From the human T2T-CHM13v2.0 reference genome, Homo sapiens, in assembly GCF_009914755.1 (NCBI RefSeq), contig NC_060927.1: DNA of 64,000 nt; one strand, 5' to 3'. This document shows, one piece after another, positions 1 through 14,349 of this stretch. The notes beneath the pieces were generated by a model. The model was not told the origin of the DNA, did no database searches, and worked only from the letters and a program-made list of their open reading frames with translations. Position numbers and translations under genes: made by a program. Each line of letters starts with the position of its first letter. Position 1 is the first letter of the stretch.

Positions 1-744
1 GCCCCTACTGGGGGGTGCCTCCCAGTTAAGCTACTTGGGGGTCAGGGACCCCCTTGAGGAGGCAGTCTGTCTGTTCTCAGATCTCCAGCTGGGTGCTGGG
101 AGAACCACTACTCTCTTCAAAGCTGTCAGACAGGGATATTCAAGTCTTCAGAGGTTTCTGCTGCCTTTTGTTTGCCTATGCCCTGCTCCCAGAGGTGGAG
201 TCTACAGAGGCAGGCAGTCCTCCTTGAGCTGCAGTCAGCTCCACCCAGTTCGAGCTTCTCGGACGCTTTGTTTACCTACTCAAGCCTCGGCAATAGCGGG
301 CGCCCCTCCCCCAGCCTTGCTGCCACCTTGCAGTTTGATCTCAGTCTGCTGTGCTAGCAATGAGCAAGGCTCCGTGGGCTAGGACCCTCTGAGCCAGGCA
401 CCGGATATAATCTCCTGGTGTGCCATTTGCTAAGACCATTGCAAAAGCACAGTATTAGGGTGGGAGTGACCCGATTTTTCAAGTGCCGTCTGTCACCCCT
501 TTCTTTGACTAGGAAAGGGAATTCCCTGACCCCCTGCAATTCCCAGGTGAGGTGATGCCTCACCCTGCTTTGGCTCACACTCGGTGCACTGCACCCACTG
601 TCCTGCACCCACTGTCTGACACTCCCCAGTGAGATGAACCTGGTACCTCAGTCGGAAATGCAGAAATCACCCATCTTCTCCGTCGCTCACGCTGGGAGCT
701 GTAGACTGGAGCTGCTCCTATTCGACCATCTTGGCTCCACCCTC
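1..744 (-). mobile_element. LINE-1 (L1PA3-5-like) 5' UTR; element continues off the left edge
   Basis: Reverse complement starts GAGGGTGGAGCCAAGATGGTCGAATAGGAGCAGCTCCAGTCTACAGCTCCCAGCGTGAGCGAC, the canonical primate L1 5' end, and resembles the L1PA 5' UTR throughout. Confidence 0.95.
293..508 (+). pseudogene. Disabled L1 ORF0 (antisense ORF of the primate L1 5' UTR)
   Basis: Translates IAGAPPPALLPPCSLISVCCASNEQGSVG* versus ORF0 MAGAPPPASLPPCSLISDCCASNQRDSVG. Start ATG is ATA (293-295) and a 1-nt loss near 380 gives a premature stop. Confidence 0.8.
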
Positions 745-1205
745 ACTGCCACCTAACTTTTCAACTGGAAATGATTACTCTGTAAAGCAATGACATAATA
801 AAATACAAATATTAAGAAAATAGTCTGACAGAATTCTATCTGCCTTTTAAGGGATAAATTTGTACAATTGAAATTATATGCTAATGGATTGATATCAGTA
901 TTTGGCAGTTCTCTTAAATGTGAAAAGCTATTTCAAAGACAAAATCTGTAAAATCTCGTTTCAGATCAGCATTAACAGATGAGCAATTATTTATGATGAG
1001 CACAACTTTGAACACTGATTACATAAAATGTTAATAAAATAATTATCAAATTGTACTTGATTTCTATTTTGTGTTTCATCTATAATACTAGCAAGAATTT
1101 TTCTTGTTATACGAGGATCTGCATTTTATCCTTAATTTTGCCTTCAGCCTGGAAACCTAAAATATGTAGTATCTGGCCCCTTAAAACAATTTTGCTGATT
1201 CCTGA
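745..1205 (+). mobile_element. hAT-Charlie DNA transposon remnant (transposase C-terminus plus terminal repeat)
   Basis: Degenerate translation ANGLISVFGS..CEKLF..SVKSRFRSALTDEQL matches the hAT dimerisation-domain motif. Ends with a Charlie/MER58-like terminus (CCTAAAATATGTAGTATCTGGCCCCTT...TTTGCTGATTCCTG). Confidence 0.7.
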
Positions 1206-1320
1206 TCTACTTGAAAATAAAATTAGTAAGTATGAATTGACCCTTTAGAATTCTTTACAAAAACACTCTGCTTACCTGATTGCTGCTGGTAATTATAAAT
1301 AAAACATTTTGCACCCCCCC

Positions 1321-1620
<300 letters not shown>

Positions 1621-2499
1621 CTAGTATAGTAATATATGATATAGATTTAGTTTATATTTAAATACTTGATATTAGATATATGGCCACTTAAAATATAATA
1701 ATAAAAAAGCAATATTGTTTGAAATAAAATATTGATTGATATATCTATTATTATTCTTGACATATATTATGCCTGTATCATGTAGAAGTAATCTGTAAGA
1801 GTGATTTCAATCTTTCTAGCCACTTTCATCCAAAGTTTAATATATATTATTACACATCAGTAGGCCGTGTATCAAAATGCAGTATCAGTCTATAAGCAGT
1901 CTTTGCATTGTGACAAATTGCTTTCATGTTCCCTGTAAAGTTTTCTTCAAGGTACATTCTTATAACAAAGCTGCTTTGGAAAGGTAACCTCTGACCCAGA
2001 TGAAATTAGAAATGTTTTCTCATGGCAAAAAATCTCTCACTTTGCATTCAAAAGCTGTGCTAGTTGAGGACTTTATGATTTATATGATTGCTGTTTTTAG
2101 CAAACCAATCTATATGTCCTAGGGAATAATATATACATACATCTTATAGTTGATATTTCTGTTGGCAATAAACCACTTCTTACCCTACTCGAGAATGCAG
2201 GAATTGCTTTTCTTATTTTGCTTCCTTTGTCTCTTTTTAATGTGGAGTTTACCATGTGATCAACTTTTCTAAACAAATTCTGAATTTTTAATTTTGCAAT
2301 GTACATACATTTGCTTATGTAGTTTACTGGATATAGACATAAAAACACCTATCACATGATATATATTATGGACTGAAAATTCCCTAAGTTTTTGATAACA
2401 GCAATACATTACTTCCCTACTTTGTCAATTCCACTCTTACAAATTGTATAATATTTTCCTTATGAATAGGTGTATCTACATGCTCATCTTAAGTCTTTA

Positions 2500-2877
<378 letters not shown>

Positions 2878-5084
2878 TTATATCCATACACTCAGAACCA
2901 CTACAGATAAGTCAGAAGCTCAACGACGCTGTTGCCTTTTTAATTCATATGTTCATTCAGCATTTAAAGAATAAGTACCAAATGCCCAGCACTGACCTAG
3001 ATGCTAAATCCAGCCAAATAATAGTCATTGTACCACCTTATTCTTATTCAAAAATTTACTGATTTTTATAAGTTTCATAATAATGGAACCAAATGGGTTA
3101 TCATTTTTAAATGTGTGCTTCAAATATCATAATTTATTTAAAACATATAATATTATTTTATTTATTTTCCTCATATCGAAAAACTATTCTGTAAAAGAAT
3201 GTCAGTGTTTATTCTTCTTCCTCCAGTTTTACTTTTAGTTATCTTTTACATTGAGCATGTAGAGTTGAATTTTATTCTAAAGCCTAATTTCTTTAACAGG
3301 CCTTTGCTTTAAGCTTAGGTTTTGCGGTATGTTTTCTTATTCTGGGAAGATAAATATATTTAATATACTTTAAATTGGATCATATTTTATGAGACCTCAA
3401 GGGATCTATTCTTATATGAACGAAACATTATTGCATAATTATTACTTCAGATAACTCAAATGATGACTAATTAAATATACATATAATACATTTATCAGTG
3501 AAAAAATTGCAATGACATTTTCTTTACCCTTTTGAAAGTGCCTGTATTCTTTGCAGAAGAAGTTTTAAGAAGGAGCCAGTATAACAACAACTGAGAACAT
3601 GATTTAGCATTAATATTTCATAATGCAGTTGAGGTTCATGGTTAACTTGAGAAATGCCAACATCCTCCAGGTAAGCATGACTCTGGGATTCTCTAACAAG
3701 GTGATGCATAAGGCTCCATGGAAGATGTTGGTCTTTGTGCGTACATTTTATTAATGATAAATTTATTTTATTATTGATTTAGAAAAGTGTTCTGAAGAGA
3801 CCTTCATTATAAAGAAAAAAATATAAAATCCATAACTCTTTCTCCCTGAATTTACGATTTATACCACAAACTATGCTAACTTTTAGTTTTCTAGAATATC
3901 CATAGCCTTAATTCTAAAATGAGTAAAGAAAGTTTAGCCATTTGACCACTTTAACAAACAAAAGTTCCTGATGTGTTATTCTGGAACTATGGTCTGTAAT
4001 TAAGCATTTACCAGGAATATAACCAGTTAGTTATATTCCATTTGGAAAACACAAACAAATGTACAAACAAACCAATAAAAATAGGCAAAGATAAAGCATA
4101 AATCTTTTACATGGTTCAAGAAGAACAATTTATGTATAAGTGAAAGATACTAGGCTGGTTGAGTTTTGGTATTATACCATACTAGACATTTTCCCTATCT
4201 ACATTTTTGTGTTGTCATGTAATTTCTTTTTAGAAATGACAGTGCTAGTAATTGATTTATTTAATGTATGTATATTGGTTAAATTTGTTTTTGTCAGCAT
4301 ATGTTCATTTCCTTTCTTATTCGTTTTCTATGTATTTATTTACTATTTACTCATCTTTGAAATACGAAGGCCCAGGATGTGGGCTGTGTGGGAGGCAAAT
4401 GCGCTGTTTCTCACAAATCGTTTAACAAAAATCCCAAGCAGGGTGCCCCTTACATTCTCTCCTACATCTCATCAGAGATATGCTTAGCATAGAAAGCACA
4501 TGGAATGTGTCTGCCATAGATGATGACATTCTGATGTTCCTGTAATTTTGTGGTATTTGAAAGGTACTGTTGATTATTTTTTCTTTAAAACTTTCCTACA
4601 GAGAAGGGTAGAACATATCTTTCTCTAAATTCTACTAGAGAGTGAATTATGCAGTAACCTCATGCAAAACAAAGTCTATTAAGCAAGTCCTTGTGTTTAT
4701 AAGTGAAAGACCCTCTGATTTTCTGACTATTTGAAATGTTTGGATAGTTCAAACTCTGAGTTTGGCTCCTTTTCAATAGTTTTAAAGAAATTTAGATAAA
4801 TCAGTGCCTAATGAAAAGCTTTGTAGCGTATTCATGTATACAATATAAAAGAATTTCCTATCGTTTCCAGACAACTGCTCACAAATAACAAACCATTCTG
4901 GGAAAACAAAGCAAAATAGAACAGCAACAAAAATAAAAGAAATACCTCAAGCATAGCAAGAGCATTACTAGCTTTCAATATTTCTTGCTTTCTATTTTTC
5001 AGTAGAGGTCAGGGAAGTCCCTTCCCTCACCTTTTGTAAACTACTTTTTCATTTTCCCTCTGTGTAGTTCTTTCCCCCATTTAA

Positions 5085-5212
5085 TAGCGCAGTATCAGTA
5101 TACCTGGGAGCCTGTTAGAAACACAGCATTTCAGACGCTACTCCAAACATATTGAATCACAATCTTTCATTGAACAAGATCCCAGAGTGATAAATATACA
5201 CATTAAATTTTG
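5085..5212 (+). mobile_element. MER5-type (hAT-Charlie) MITE fragment
   Basis: ACCTGGGAGCCTGTTAGAAA...GAATCACAATCT...AACAAGATCCC...CACATTAAATTTTGA. Confidence 0.65.
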
Positions 5213-6769
5213 AAAAAGAAGGGGTAGAGAAGGTTTGACCTGAGATCCCTACTACCTAGGTGAGGTACCTTTAATTTCAAATCAATATTGCCCACTTGAG
5301 TTTTTCATATCTGAGGGAGCAGCTAAATGGTAAGAACATTCCTACTGCAGTTCATCAACTTTAATGTGTGGACATAGATAGAGCCATATACTATTATCTC
5401 CAATTGATATAATAAAACCCATTGGTTTCATCTACTCTGTATTGTTTAAATATTTTACAATAAGCATGGATGAAATTTATTACATAACAAAGACATTTTC
5501 ACTGAAACAAGGAACTAAATTCCATTGTGCAAATTTTGAAACCAACATTAACACTAATTAAAACTTGAAGATTTTAATTGACTCAGAGATTATGCCATAT
5601 ATCATAAGAATCTTTGTATAACTTTAAAAAACAAACCAAACTTACACTGAAAACAATTTTTACATAAACATATGCCATATAACATTTTTAGAAAGAAAGA
5701 AGACTGCATCCTCTCTACACCCACATACACAATACTGCATAAGCACACAAAAGTCAGTTTGAAATAACTGTTCCATCTTTAGTGGATGAAGACAAATAGG
5801 AACATTGAGCAATTTTCTACTATGAGTTCCAGTATAAAAATCAAGACATTACCAAGAGACATTATTATAATTAGCTATAACCATGTTATTTCCTAAGTAT
5901 GATGATTCTAATAGATTCATTTTCCATGGTTTACTTCTTTGCTGTTGCCAAAAGATTGTCCAAAGAAGAGTCATTATAGTTGAATCTGGTTAATAACCCT
6001 TGTTTCTTTGCAAAACTGGAATTATAAGAGCATAGATGGATATTCAACAACAAAAATAAAGAAAACCTTGATGTGTATTATGCAAAAGGCTCTTAACTAT
6101 ATTATTTGGGCAATAGAGTTTATGGAAGAAAGCAAGATAAAATGAAAGTATTTTAATGTATAGTGCATAATAGAGAATAAATCAATAATACCTTAAGTTG
6201 TTAATGCAGAATGTTTTATAGAATTATGTGGAAAGAAAGATCAAGGGAAACCTTGGGAACTAAACTATATGCACAAGCTCTTGTGCAATAATTTGTTATA
6301 AGTAACTGATTTTTAATAAAGAAAAGATGATTAAGCAGAGACATTTTGTATTAGCTTGCTGTTAATTAGCACTCCAAGTAATGGTTGAACTAATTCTTCA
6401 TGATGCTGTATCAGTAAGATTACACTCATAGGGCAGAATCCCATTGACTTGGTTAAACTCCATATATCTGCCTTGTGTGAAGGTTCTCTGCAGAGACACA
6501 AGGAGATTATTTACCCAAATTAGGTAAGAGACACACCACAGATCATCAACTCTGTGTTCAGACATGCACAATCAAAAGAAAAACTGTGCCTAAAGCTCCG
6601 TAAATTTGTTTTATAAGCTTCCAGTATTAAAACTGAATGATATTTCAAGCTGAATAAATTGCTTTGTCTTTAAAATTCAGTTTTAAAATTTAATTACAGA
6701 AATGTGGAGGGAAAGGATTTTTAAAAACTAGTTGATTTATTAATTACTCTATATTTCAGATACTCTACT

Positions 6770-6900
6770 AAATGCTTTGTGTCCACCATCTCACATAATG
6801 TTTGCAAAAAATTTGGGAGTCAACTACTATTTTTATCTCTATTTTACAAATTATGAAAATGGAGCACTGAAAGACTAGTAGACGAATTCACATATTTCAA
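6770..6900. mobile_element. MIR SINE fragment
   Basis: MIR core-like ACTATTTTTATCTCTATTTTACAAATTATGAAAATGGAGCACTGAAAG. Confidence 0.5.
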
Positions 6901-7169
6901 AAATAAGGCAGAACTCAAATGAAACAAGATACTATGAATACAAATTTCTTTCATGTTATATAAATAACCCAGTTAAATTATATGTGGATGCTAAATTCAG
7001 AGTGTTTCCGCATCCTTTATTCTCATGAAATTTCTTATACTTTTTTCCAAAAAACATAATAAAATAATCTGCTTCCAAAAATATATATTACTTTACCTTT
7101 CTCTGTGACTATAATGATAAAGATTTTTTTGTGTGCATGATGTTATTATCTGGAGAAAAGTGGTGGGCA

Positions 7170-7350
7170 AAAATGCCATAGTATCACAAAGGTAAATAAA
7201 ATGAACACAAAGAGGCCACCATTAGAGGCAACTGGGGTCACTGGTGACAATTGTGAGAATATTTTCAGAATGATAATGAAAGAAGAGTCCAGGTTGGATA
7301 TTGACAGGGTAAGTTAGCAAATATAGAACATTTTTCAAGAAGCAGAGTAG
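7170..7350 (-). mobile_element. L2 fragment
   Basis: GGTCACTGGTGACAATTGTGAGAATATTTTCAGAATGATAATG...TATAGAACATTTTTCAAGAAG is typical of decayed L2. Confidence 0.45.
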
Positions 7351-7699
7351 CAATGGAAAGTAGACAGGTAGTAATTTAGAGAGGAGTCATAGATTAGCTT
7401 CTTCTTAAAAATTAAATACAGAGACTTCAACATGTATAAATTAATGGAAAGAATGGATTATGCAAAAGCAGGTCTGGAGATACCAAAAAGAAAATACATA
7501 ATAGAAGGTTAAGGATAGAAGCAGAGCCAAGTAAAAGGATAAAGATGAACACAACAGATACAGGTTTAGAAAGTAGCAGGTTTATTTCTGTTGTGCTAGA
7601 AGTTTTAGAGATAATGGTAATGAAGAAAAATATCAGAATCACTGTTTTTTTGAGATTACTCTTCAGAAAATATTGTACATGGGACCAATTTAAAAGTAT

Positions 7700-8341
7700 A
7701 AAGACACCTCAAAACTTATTGCAAAGAAAGCAGCCCAATTTACCAGTTTTTAAATGGGCAAAAAATTTGAGTGGATATTTCACCAAAAAAGGTATAAGGA
7801 TGTCTAATAAGCACTTGAAAAACTGTTTGAAATCATTAGCTGTTAGGGAAATACAATTTAAATCCGTGATGAGATGCCATTACATACCTTTTTCAATGAC
7901 TTAAAAATAATTCTGACAACACTGAGTGCTGTTGAGGATGCAGAGCAACTGGAACTTCCATACATTGTTGGCGTGAATACGAAAATAGTATAACCACTTT
8001 GGAAAACAGTTTGGCAGTTTTTAAAAAAATAAAGCTACATATTCACTTATCACATGACCCAGTGATCCCACCACTGGGTATTTATTTTAGAGAAATAAAT
8101 ATTTATCTTCACACAGAAGCAAATTTTTATAATAGTTTTTATAACCATCCTAAACTGGAAACAATGAAAATATCCTTTAACATATGAACTGAAAAACTAT
8201 GATACATCTATGCATTGGAATATTATTTGGCAATAAAAAGCTCAAACTATTAATTTATGCAACAACTTAGATGAATTTCAAGGCATTATGCTGAATATAA
8301 AAAAAGTCTCAAAATATTATATTAATATAATCTATAATTCC
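7700..8341 (+). mobile_element. Old L1M (L1MC/MD-like) ORF2 end and 3' UTR, left part
   Basis: ORF 7545-7904 contains KWAKNLSGYFTKKGIRMSNKHLKNC..SLAVREIQFKSVMRCHY (L1 ORF2 C-terminus). Interrupted by THE1 at 8342. Confidence 0.85.
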
Positions 8342-10620
8342 TGATATTGTCTGCCTGTGTCCCCATCCAAATCTCATCTTGAATTGTAGCTCCCATAATT
8401 CCCACATGTTGTGGGAGGGACCTAGTGAGAGATAATGGAATCATTTGGGGCAGTTTCCCCCAAATGTTCTCGTGGTAGTGAATAAGTCTCACAAGATCTG
8501 ATTACTATATAAGGGGTTTCCCCTTTCACTTGGCTCTTATTCATTCTAGCCTGCCACCATGCAAGACATGCCTTTCACCTTCCACCATGATTGTGAGGCA
8601 TCCCCAGCCACATGGAACTGTGAGTCCATTAAACCTTTTTTCTTTATTAATTACCCAGTCTCAGGTATGTCTTTATCAGTAGTGTGAGAACAGACTAATA
8701 CAGTAAAGTGGTACCAGTGGAGTGGGGCATTGCTGTAAAGATAACCAAAAATGTGGAAGCAACTTTGGAACTGGGTAACAGACCGAGGTTGGAACCATTT
8801 GGAGGGCTCAGAAGAAGACAGGAAAATGTGGGAAAGTTTGGAACTTCGTAGAGACTTGTTAAATGGCTTTGACCAAAATGCTGATAATGGACAATGGAAT
8901 CCAGGCTGAAGTGGTCTCAAATGGAGATGAGGAACTTGGGAACTGGAGCAAAGGTGACTCTTGTTAAAACAGTAAAGAGACTGGTGGCATTTTGCCCCTG
9001 CCTTAGAGATATGTGGAACTTTGAACTTGAAGGGGATGATTTTGGGTATCTGGTGGAAGAAATTTCTAAGCAGCAAAGCATTCAAGAGGTGATTTGGGTG
9101 CTGTAACAAAGCATTCAGTTTTAAATGGGAAACAGACCATAAAAGTTCAGAAAATTTGCAACCTGATGATGTGATGGAAAATAAAAACCAATTTTATGAG
9201 GAGAAATTCAAGCGGGCTGCAGATATTTGCATAAGTAATGAGGAACCAAATGTTAATTGCCAAGACAATGGGGAAAATGTCTTGAGGGCATGTCAGAGAC
9301 CTTTGTGGCAGTCCCTCCCATCACAGGCCCAGAGACCTAGAAAGAAAAAATGGTTTCGTGAGCCAGCCCCAAGTCCCTCCTGCTGTGAGCAGCCTCAGGA
9401 CTTGGTACCCTGCATCTTAGCCCTGGCTAAAAGGAGCCAAGGTAAACCTCAAGGCATGGCTTCGGAGGGTGCAAGCTCCAAGTGCTGTTGGCTTCCACAT
9501 GGTATCAAGCCTGCAAGTACACAGAAGCCAGGAATTGAAGTTTGGGAACCTCCACCTAGATTTCAGAGGATGTACTGAAATGCCTGGATGTCCAGGCAGA
9601 AGTTTGCTGCAGGGGCAGGCCCCTCATGGAGAACCTCTGCTAGGGCAGTATAGAAGGGAAATGTGGGGTTGAAGACCCCACAAAGAGTGCCCTCTGGGGC
9701 ACTGCCTAGTAAAGCTGTGAGAAGACAGTCACCATCCTCCAGACCCCAGAATGGTAGATCCACTGACAACTTGCACCATGTTCCTGCAAAAGCTGCAGAC
9801 ACTCAATGTGAAAGAAGCCAGGAGGGGTCTGTACCCTGCAAAGCCACAGGGGCAGAGCTGCCCAAGACCATGGGAACCTACCTCTTGCATCAGCATGACC
9901 TGGATGTGAGATGAGACATGAAGTCAAAGGAGGTCATTTTGGAGCTTTAAGACTTGACTGCCCCACTGGATATCAGACTTGCATAGGGCCTGTAGCCCCT
10001 TTGTTTTGGCCAATTCCTCCCATTTAGAATGGCTGTATTTACCCAATGCCTGTACCCTCATTGTATCTAGGAAGTAACTAGCTTGCTTTTGATTTTACAT
10101 GCTCATAGGTGGAAGAGACTTACCTTGTCTCAAATAAGACTTTGGACTATGGACTTTTGAGTTAATGCTGAAATGAGTTAAGACTTTGGGGGACTGTTGG
10201 GAAGGCATGATTGGTTTTGAATTGTGAGGACATGAGATTTGGGAGGCCCAGGGATGGAATGATATGGTTTGGCTGTGTCCCCACCCAAATCTCACCCTGA
10301 ATTGTAGCTTCCATAATTCCCATGTGTTGTGGGAGGGACTGGTGGGAGGTAATTGAATAATGGAGGCTGTTTTCCCCCATACTGTTCTCATGGTAGTGAA
10401 TAAGTCTCACAAGATCTGATAATTTTATAAGGGGTTTCCCCTTTTGCTTGGCTCTCATTCACTCTTGCCTGCCACCATGTAAGATGTGCCTTTCACTTCT
10501 GCCATGATTGTGAGACCTGCCCAGCCATATGTAACTGTGAGTCCATTAAGCCTCTTTTTATTTGTAAATTACACAGTCTTGAGTATGTCTTTATCAGCAG
10601 TGTGAGAACAGACCAATACA
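8342..10620 (+). mobile_element. Complete THE1 (THE1B/C-like) MaLR element: LTR 8342-8702, internal 8703-10259, LTR 10260-10620
   Basis: Two ~361-bp LTRs (TGATAT...AATACA), a ~1.56-kb internal region with broken MaLR ORF (ORF track 8894-9914), and a perfect 5-bp TSD ATTCC (8337-8341, 10621-10625). Confidence 0.96.
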
Positions 10621-10895
10621 ATTCCATTTAAATGACATTCTCAAAAAGACATAGTGATGGAGAATAGATCAATAGTTGACAGGACTTAGGGATGGGGAAG
10701 GGGTACCGATAAAGAAATAGCACAAGAGAGTTTTTGGGGTGATGAAATTGCTTTGTATCCTGACTGTAGTGCTATCCTGACTATAGTTTTGTGTGTGTGT
10801 GTGCACATGCATACGTACATACACACAGATATGCACCACCCACACACACACATATGCATAAAATTGTACATCCCAAAAAAGTAATTTTACTGAAT
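10621..10895 (+). mobile_element. Old L1M 3' UTR, right part, including a (TG)n/(CA)n tract at ~10790-10860
   Basis: ATTCCATTTAAATGACATTCTCAAAAAGAC...GAGAATAGATCAATAGTTG continues the L1M broken at 8341. Confidence 0.8.
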
Positions 10896-12325
10896 TAAAA
10901 GAATATGTTTTTGGGCTAGACTGGATAAGAAAATAGTTAGAGCTAAATTGCTATGTATAATACAACAATTGGGATTTGGTAGTTATCTTCCAGCTGCATA
11001 AGTGAAACATTGGAAGACTTGAAAAGGAGATGAGAGAAGAAAGGACTGACTAAAAAAAAAACAAGTCAGCAATATGGGACAGGCCAGGGCCTAAGAAGAA
11101 ATTTGCTCAGAGAAAATTCCTTGCTGCAAGAGTAACCAACACAAAACTATCAGATTGTAAATTTCTTCCTCTTTTGTTATTGATATTTCCCTTTTATTAC
11201 TACCACTTATTTAATGAAAATTCTACTTTGAGCAGAAGTTTTGTGTTAGTTATTTTAATGAATATAGAAGAAATGGCCTCTGTCCACTTATCGTAGCTAG
11301 CTGCCAGAGACATGTGCATAGAACAGCAGCTGAAAGAAATGAGATGGTGAGAGAGAATTGAGAACATAGAGTAGCAAAAAGGGCATGGAAAATAACAACT
11401 CCTCCTCCCAAGGAATCCTGCACAACACTTTGATGAATGTTGCATCTCCCATAAAATGAGCACATTTACATCTAGTCAAGGGAAAGGTATCCCAAAAAGG
11501 CTAGGGGATCTGGAGACCCTTGGGTTACACATGTGTAACTACAAAACCTAATTCTAATTTGCTCTTTCTGAATTATGCCAATGATAATCACTGTGGGCAT
11601 CACAAACATTATTCTCATCATTTAAATTATTTGATGTCTAAACTCCTTTATACAGTAGAATTTTTTCCATGAAGTCAAATATATCTTATTGGGATATGCA
11701 TTTATATAGATCTAATTCTAGCAATCATATTCTTTACTTTTACACACCTTTGCAACTTCCGCACTTGCCATTTTATTGGAATGTTTTTAACTCTACATAA
11801 AAATCCGCTTCAGCATCTGATAGCAGATTAAACATAACTTCATTCCATATGTAACAGTGTGAACTCATGATGTAACTATTGTCCCTTGGTGGCTCGTGAC
11901 CTCCCAGGCACCCAGGCTTCTCTAAACTAGTTAACAGCCCCAGAATGCAGCAAGAGCTTTTTGGCCATTATCATGCTGTCCATCACAGCATCTCATTCAA
12001 AATGCACAAAAGAAGAGGATGGTGTCATTTGCAGGCAGTTAAAACACACCAGAGAAGTATGCTGGATTCTGAAAAGCTCTGTGACATGTGCCATCACAGC
12101 CCTTTGTTTTCACTGCTGACTTGAGTGAAACAGGCAGTAATATACAGCACCCTATTCTTACTATTATCCTGGCAAGAATATAACATGTATAAACCATTTT
12201 GGCTCTTACTTCATTTCTATTTACTTATTTTGAAATTATATACTTCTTCTACCTCTCACTCCCTCTTTCTTTTTATTAGGAAAACCATGCTTGCTGTCCT
12301 GTGGAATAATCTATTTGGAGATACT

Positions 12326-12743
12326 TGTATTTGTCTGCCAGGACTGACATAGCAAAATACTGCAGACTGAGTGAATTAAACAATCTAAACGTTATTTTCA
12401 CACAGCACTGGAAGCCAGAAGTCCAAGATCAAGGTGTTGTCAGGCTTGTAAACTGCTGAAGGTCCTTTCCCTGGCTTACAGATAGCTGTCTTCTCAATGC
12501 ATTCTCACATGGCCTTTCTTCTGTATGCTCATGGCTGGGGTGGTGGGGGAAAGGAGAGAGCAGGAGTTCTGGGTATCTCTTCCAATTCTTATAAGGACGT
12601 CAATCCTATCTGATCAAAGACCATCTCTTATGACCTCACTAACCTTAACTGTGTCATTAAAGGCTCTATATCAAAATATAGGATAGTCACATTGGGGGTT
12701 AAGGCTCCAACATATGAACTAGAGGGACACAGTCCATCCATAA
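12326..12743 (-). mobile_element. MLT1A-type MaLR solo LTR
   Basis: GGAAGCCAGAAGTCCAAGATCAAGGTG...TTCTTATAAGGAC...TCACATTGGGGGTTAAGGCTCCAACATATGAA. Confidence 0.85.
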
Positions 12744-13993
12744 TGCTTGGGTTCTGTTGAATCCTTTCTTTAATGCTTCATTTCTTAATTCTATGAAGAA
12801 ATTTGCACAAAGGCAGAAATACACTTTCTGAAGAATTCACTTGAACCTTTATATGACAATTTCTTTTATTGAAAATGCATCTCTGTTCCTTTTCTTCAGC
12901 ATAATTATGTCCAGAAGGAACCTTGGATCTGCACCCATTGATTAGGTCTGCTCTGGGAGTCAAGCGTAGCTCTCTGAGTTTCCCAATTGAATCACATTGC
13001 TCTTTAATGTCTCAGATTTAAAATCAATAAAATGGCAAGAGAAATGTGCACCATTTATTTCCATCACATGAAGAATGATATGAGAAAGGGTACGTTTAGT
13101 GATGTGATTGAGTGTTCTGGCCACACAGTAAACACTGAGACAAGTAAACTATGAAAGAAAAGGAAAATATATACTTAAAGGCAAAAAAGAAAATAAGGAA
13201 AGAAATCCTGATGTATGGGTTAACTAATTAGTTGAAAATACCGTAACAGCTCATTGGGCAATTTCGTAATCAGATGAGCCCAAGGGATGAATATGATCAA
13301 GTTTATAACAGTTCATTTTCTTTGAATGCAGCTGTATACAATGCCTCAGGAGATTCTAGAAGCAATGAAACTACAGTGACTCTTTTGATTGATAACATAT
13401 TCAATCCCTAAAATCCATGAATAGAAAAGCATACGGTTATGCCTTGAAGGGTATCCATAGACACTGTGGAGCCCCTTCTAGAGAGAGAGTGAAGTAGCTG
13501 AAAGCTGCTGTGAATGGAAATCTCAATTGTGTTCCTTTCTTAAAGATGGTCTTTTAAAAGGTTTTTTTTTTTTCATTTTTTTCTCAGTATCTAAGTTCAT
13601 AAGGTTAAACTATGTTGTGATTGCTGTAATTGTAATTTCTCTCCCAGTGATTTTATAGCCAACAAGGGAACATCAGCACCCACTGATTCTTTGTGGGAAA
13701 TAATCTATTTAAAGATATTTGCTTCAGTGGAATTCTTTTTAATGCTTCACTCCATTATTTTATTATGGAGAAATATGCATGAAGTCAGAATTGGAGCTTC
13801 CAAATAATTCATGTATCTCTATATTTATTATTTCCTGGAAGTGATAAGCCTCTGCTGATAGCAGCCCAGATGGGTGCTAGGGAAGCAATAATAATTTAAA
13901 ACATAATGGGAATTCAGAGTTGCAGGACATCTGCAAACATCAAGGACTCTTGTTAAGGGGCTAATGCCACACTCATTGTATGACTTATTTCTT

Positions 13994-14349
<356 letters not shown>

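Noticed and set aside
4140-4487. 115-aa hydrophobic ORF resembling a membrane protein
   Set aside because: The hydrophobicity reflects T-rich low-complexity DNA; GTG start and no supporting gene structure.
4650-4970. Possible ancient conserved repeat
   Set aside because: Could not be assigned to a family from sequence alone; needs a Dfam search.
8651-10458. Cluster of overlapping ORFs (also at 52025-53487)
   Set aside because: Broken MaLR internal ORF and antisense chance frames.
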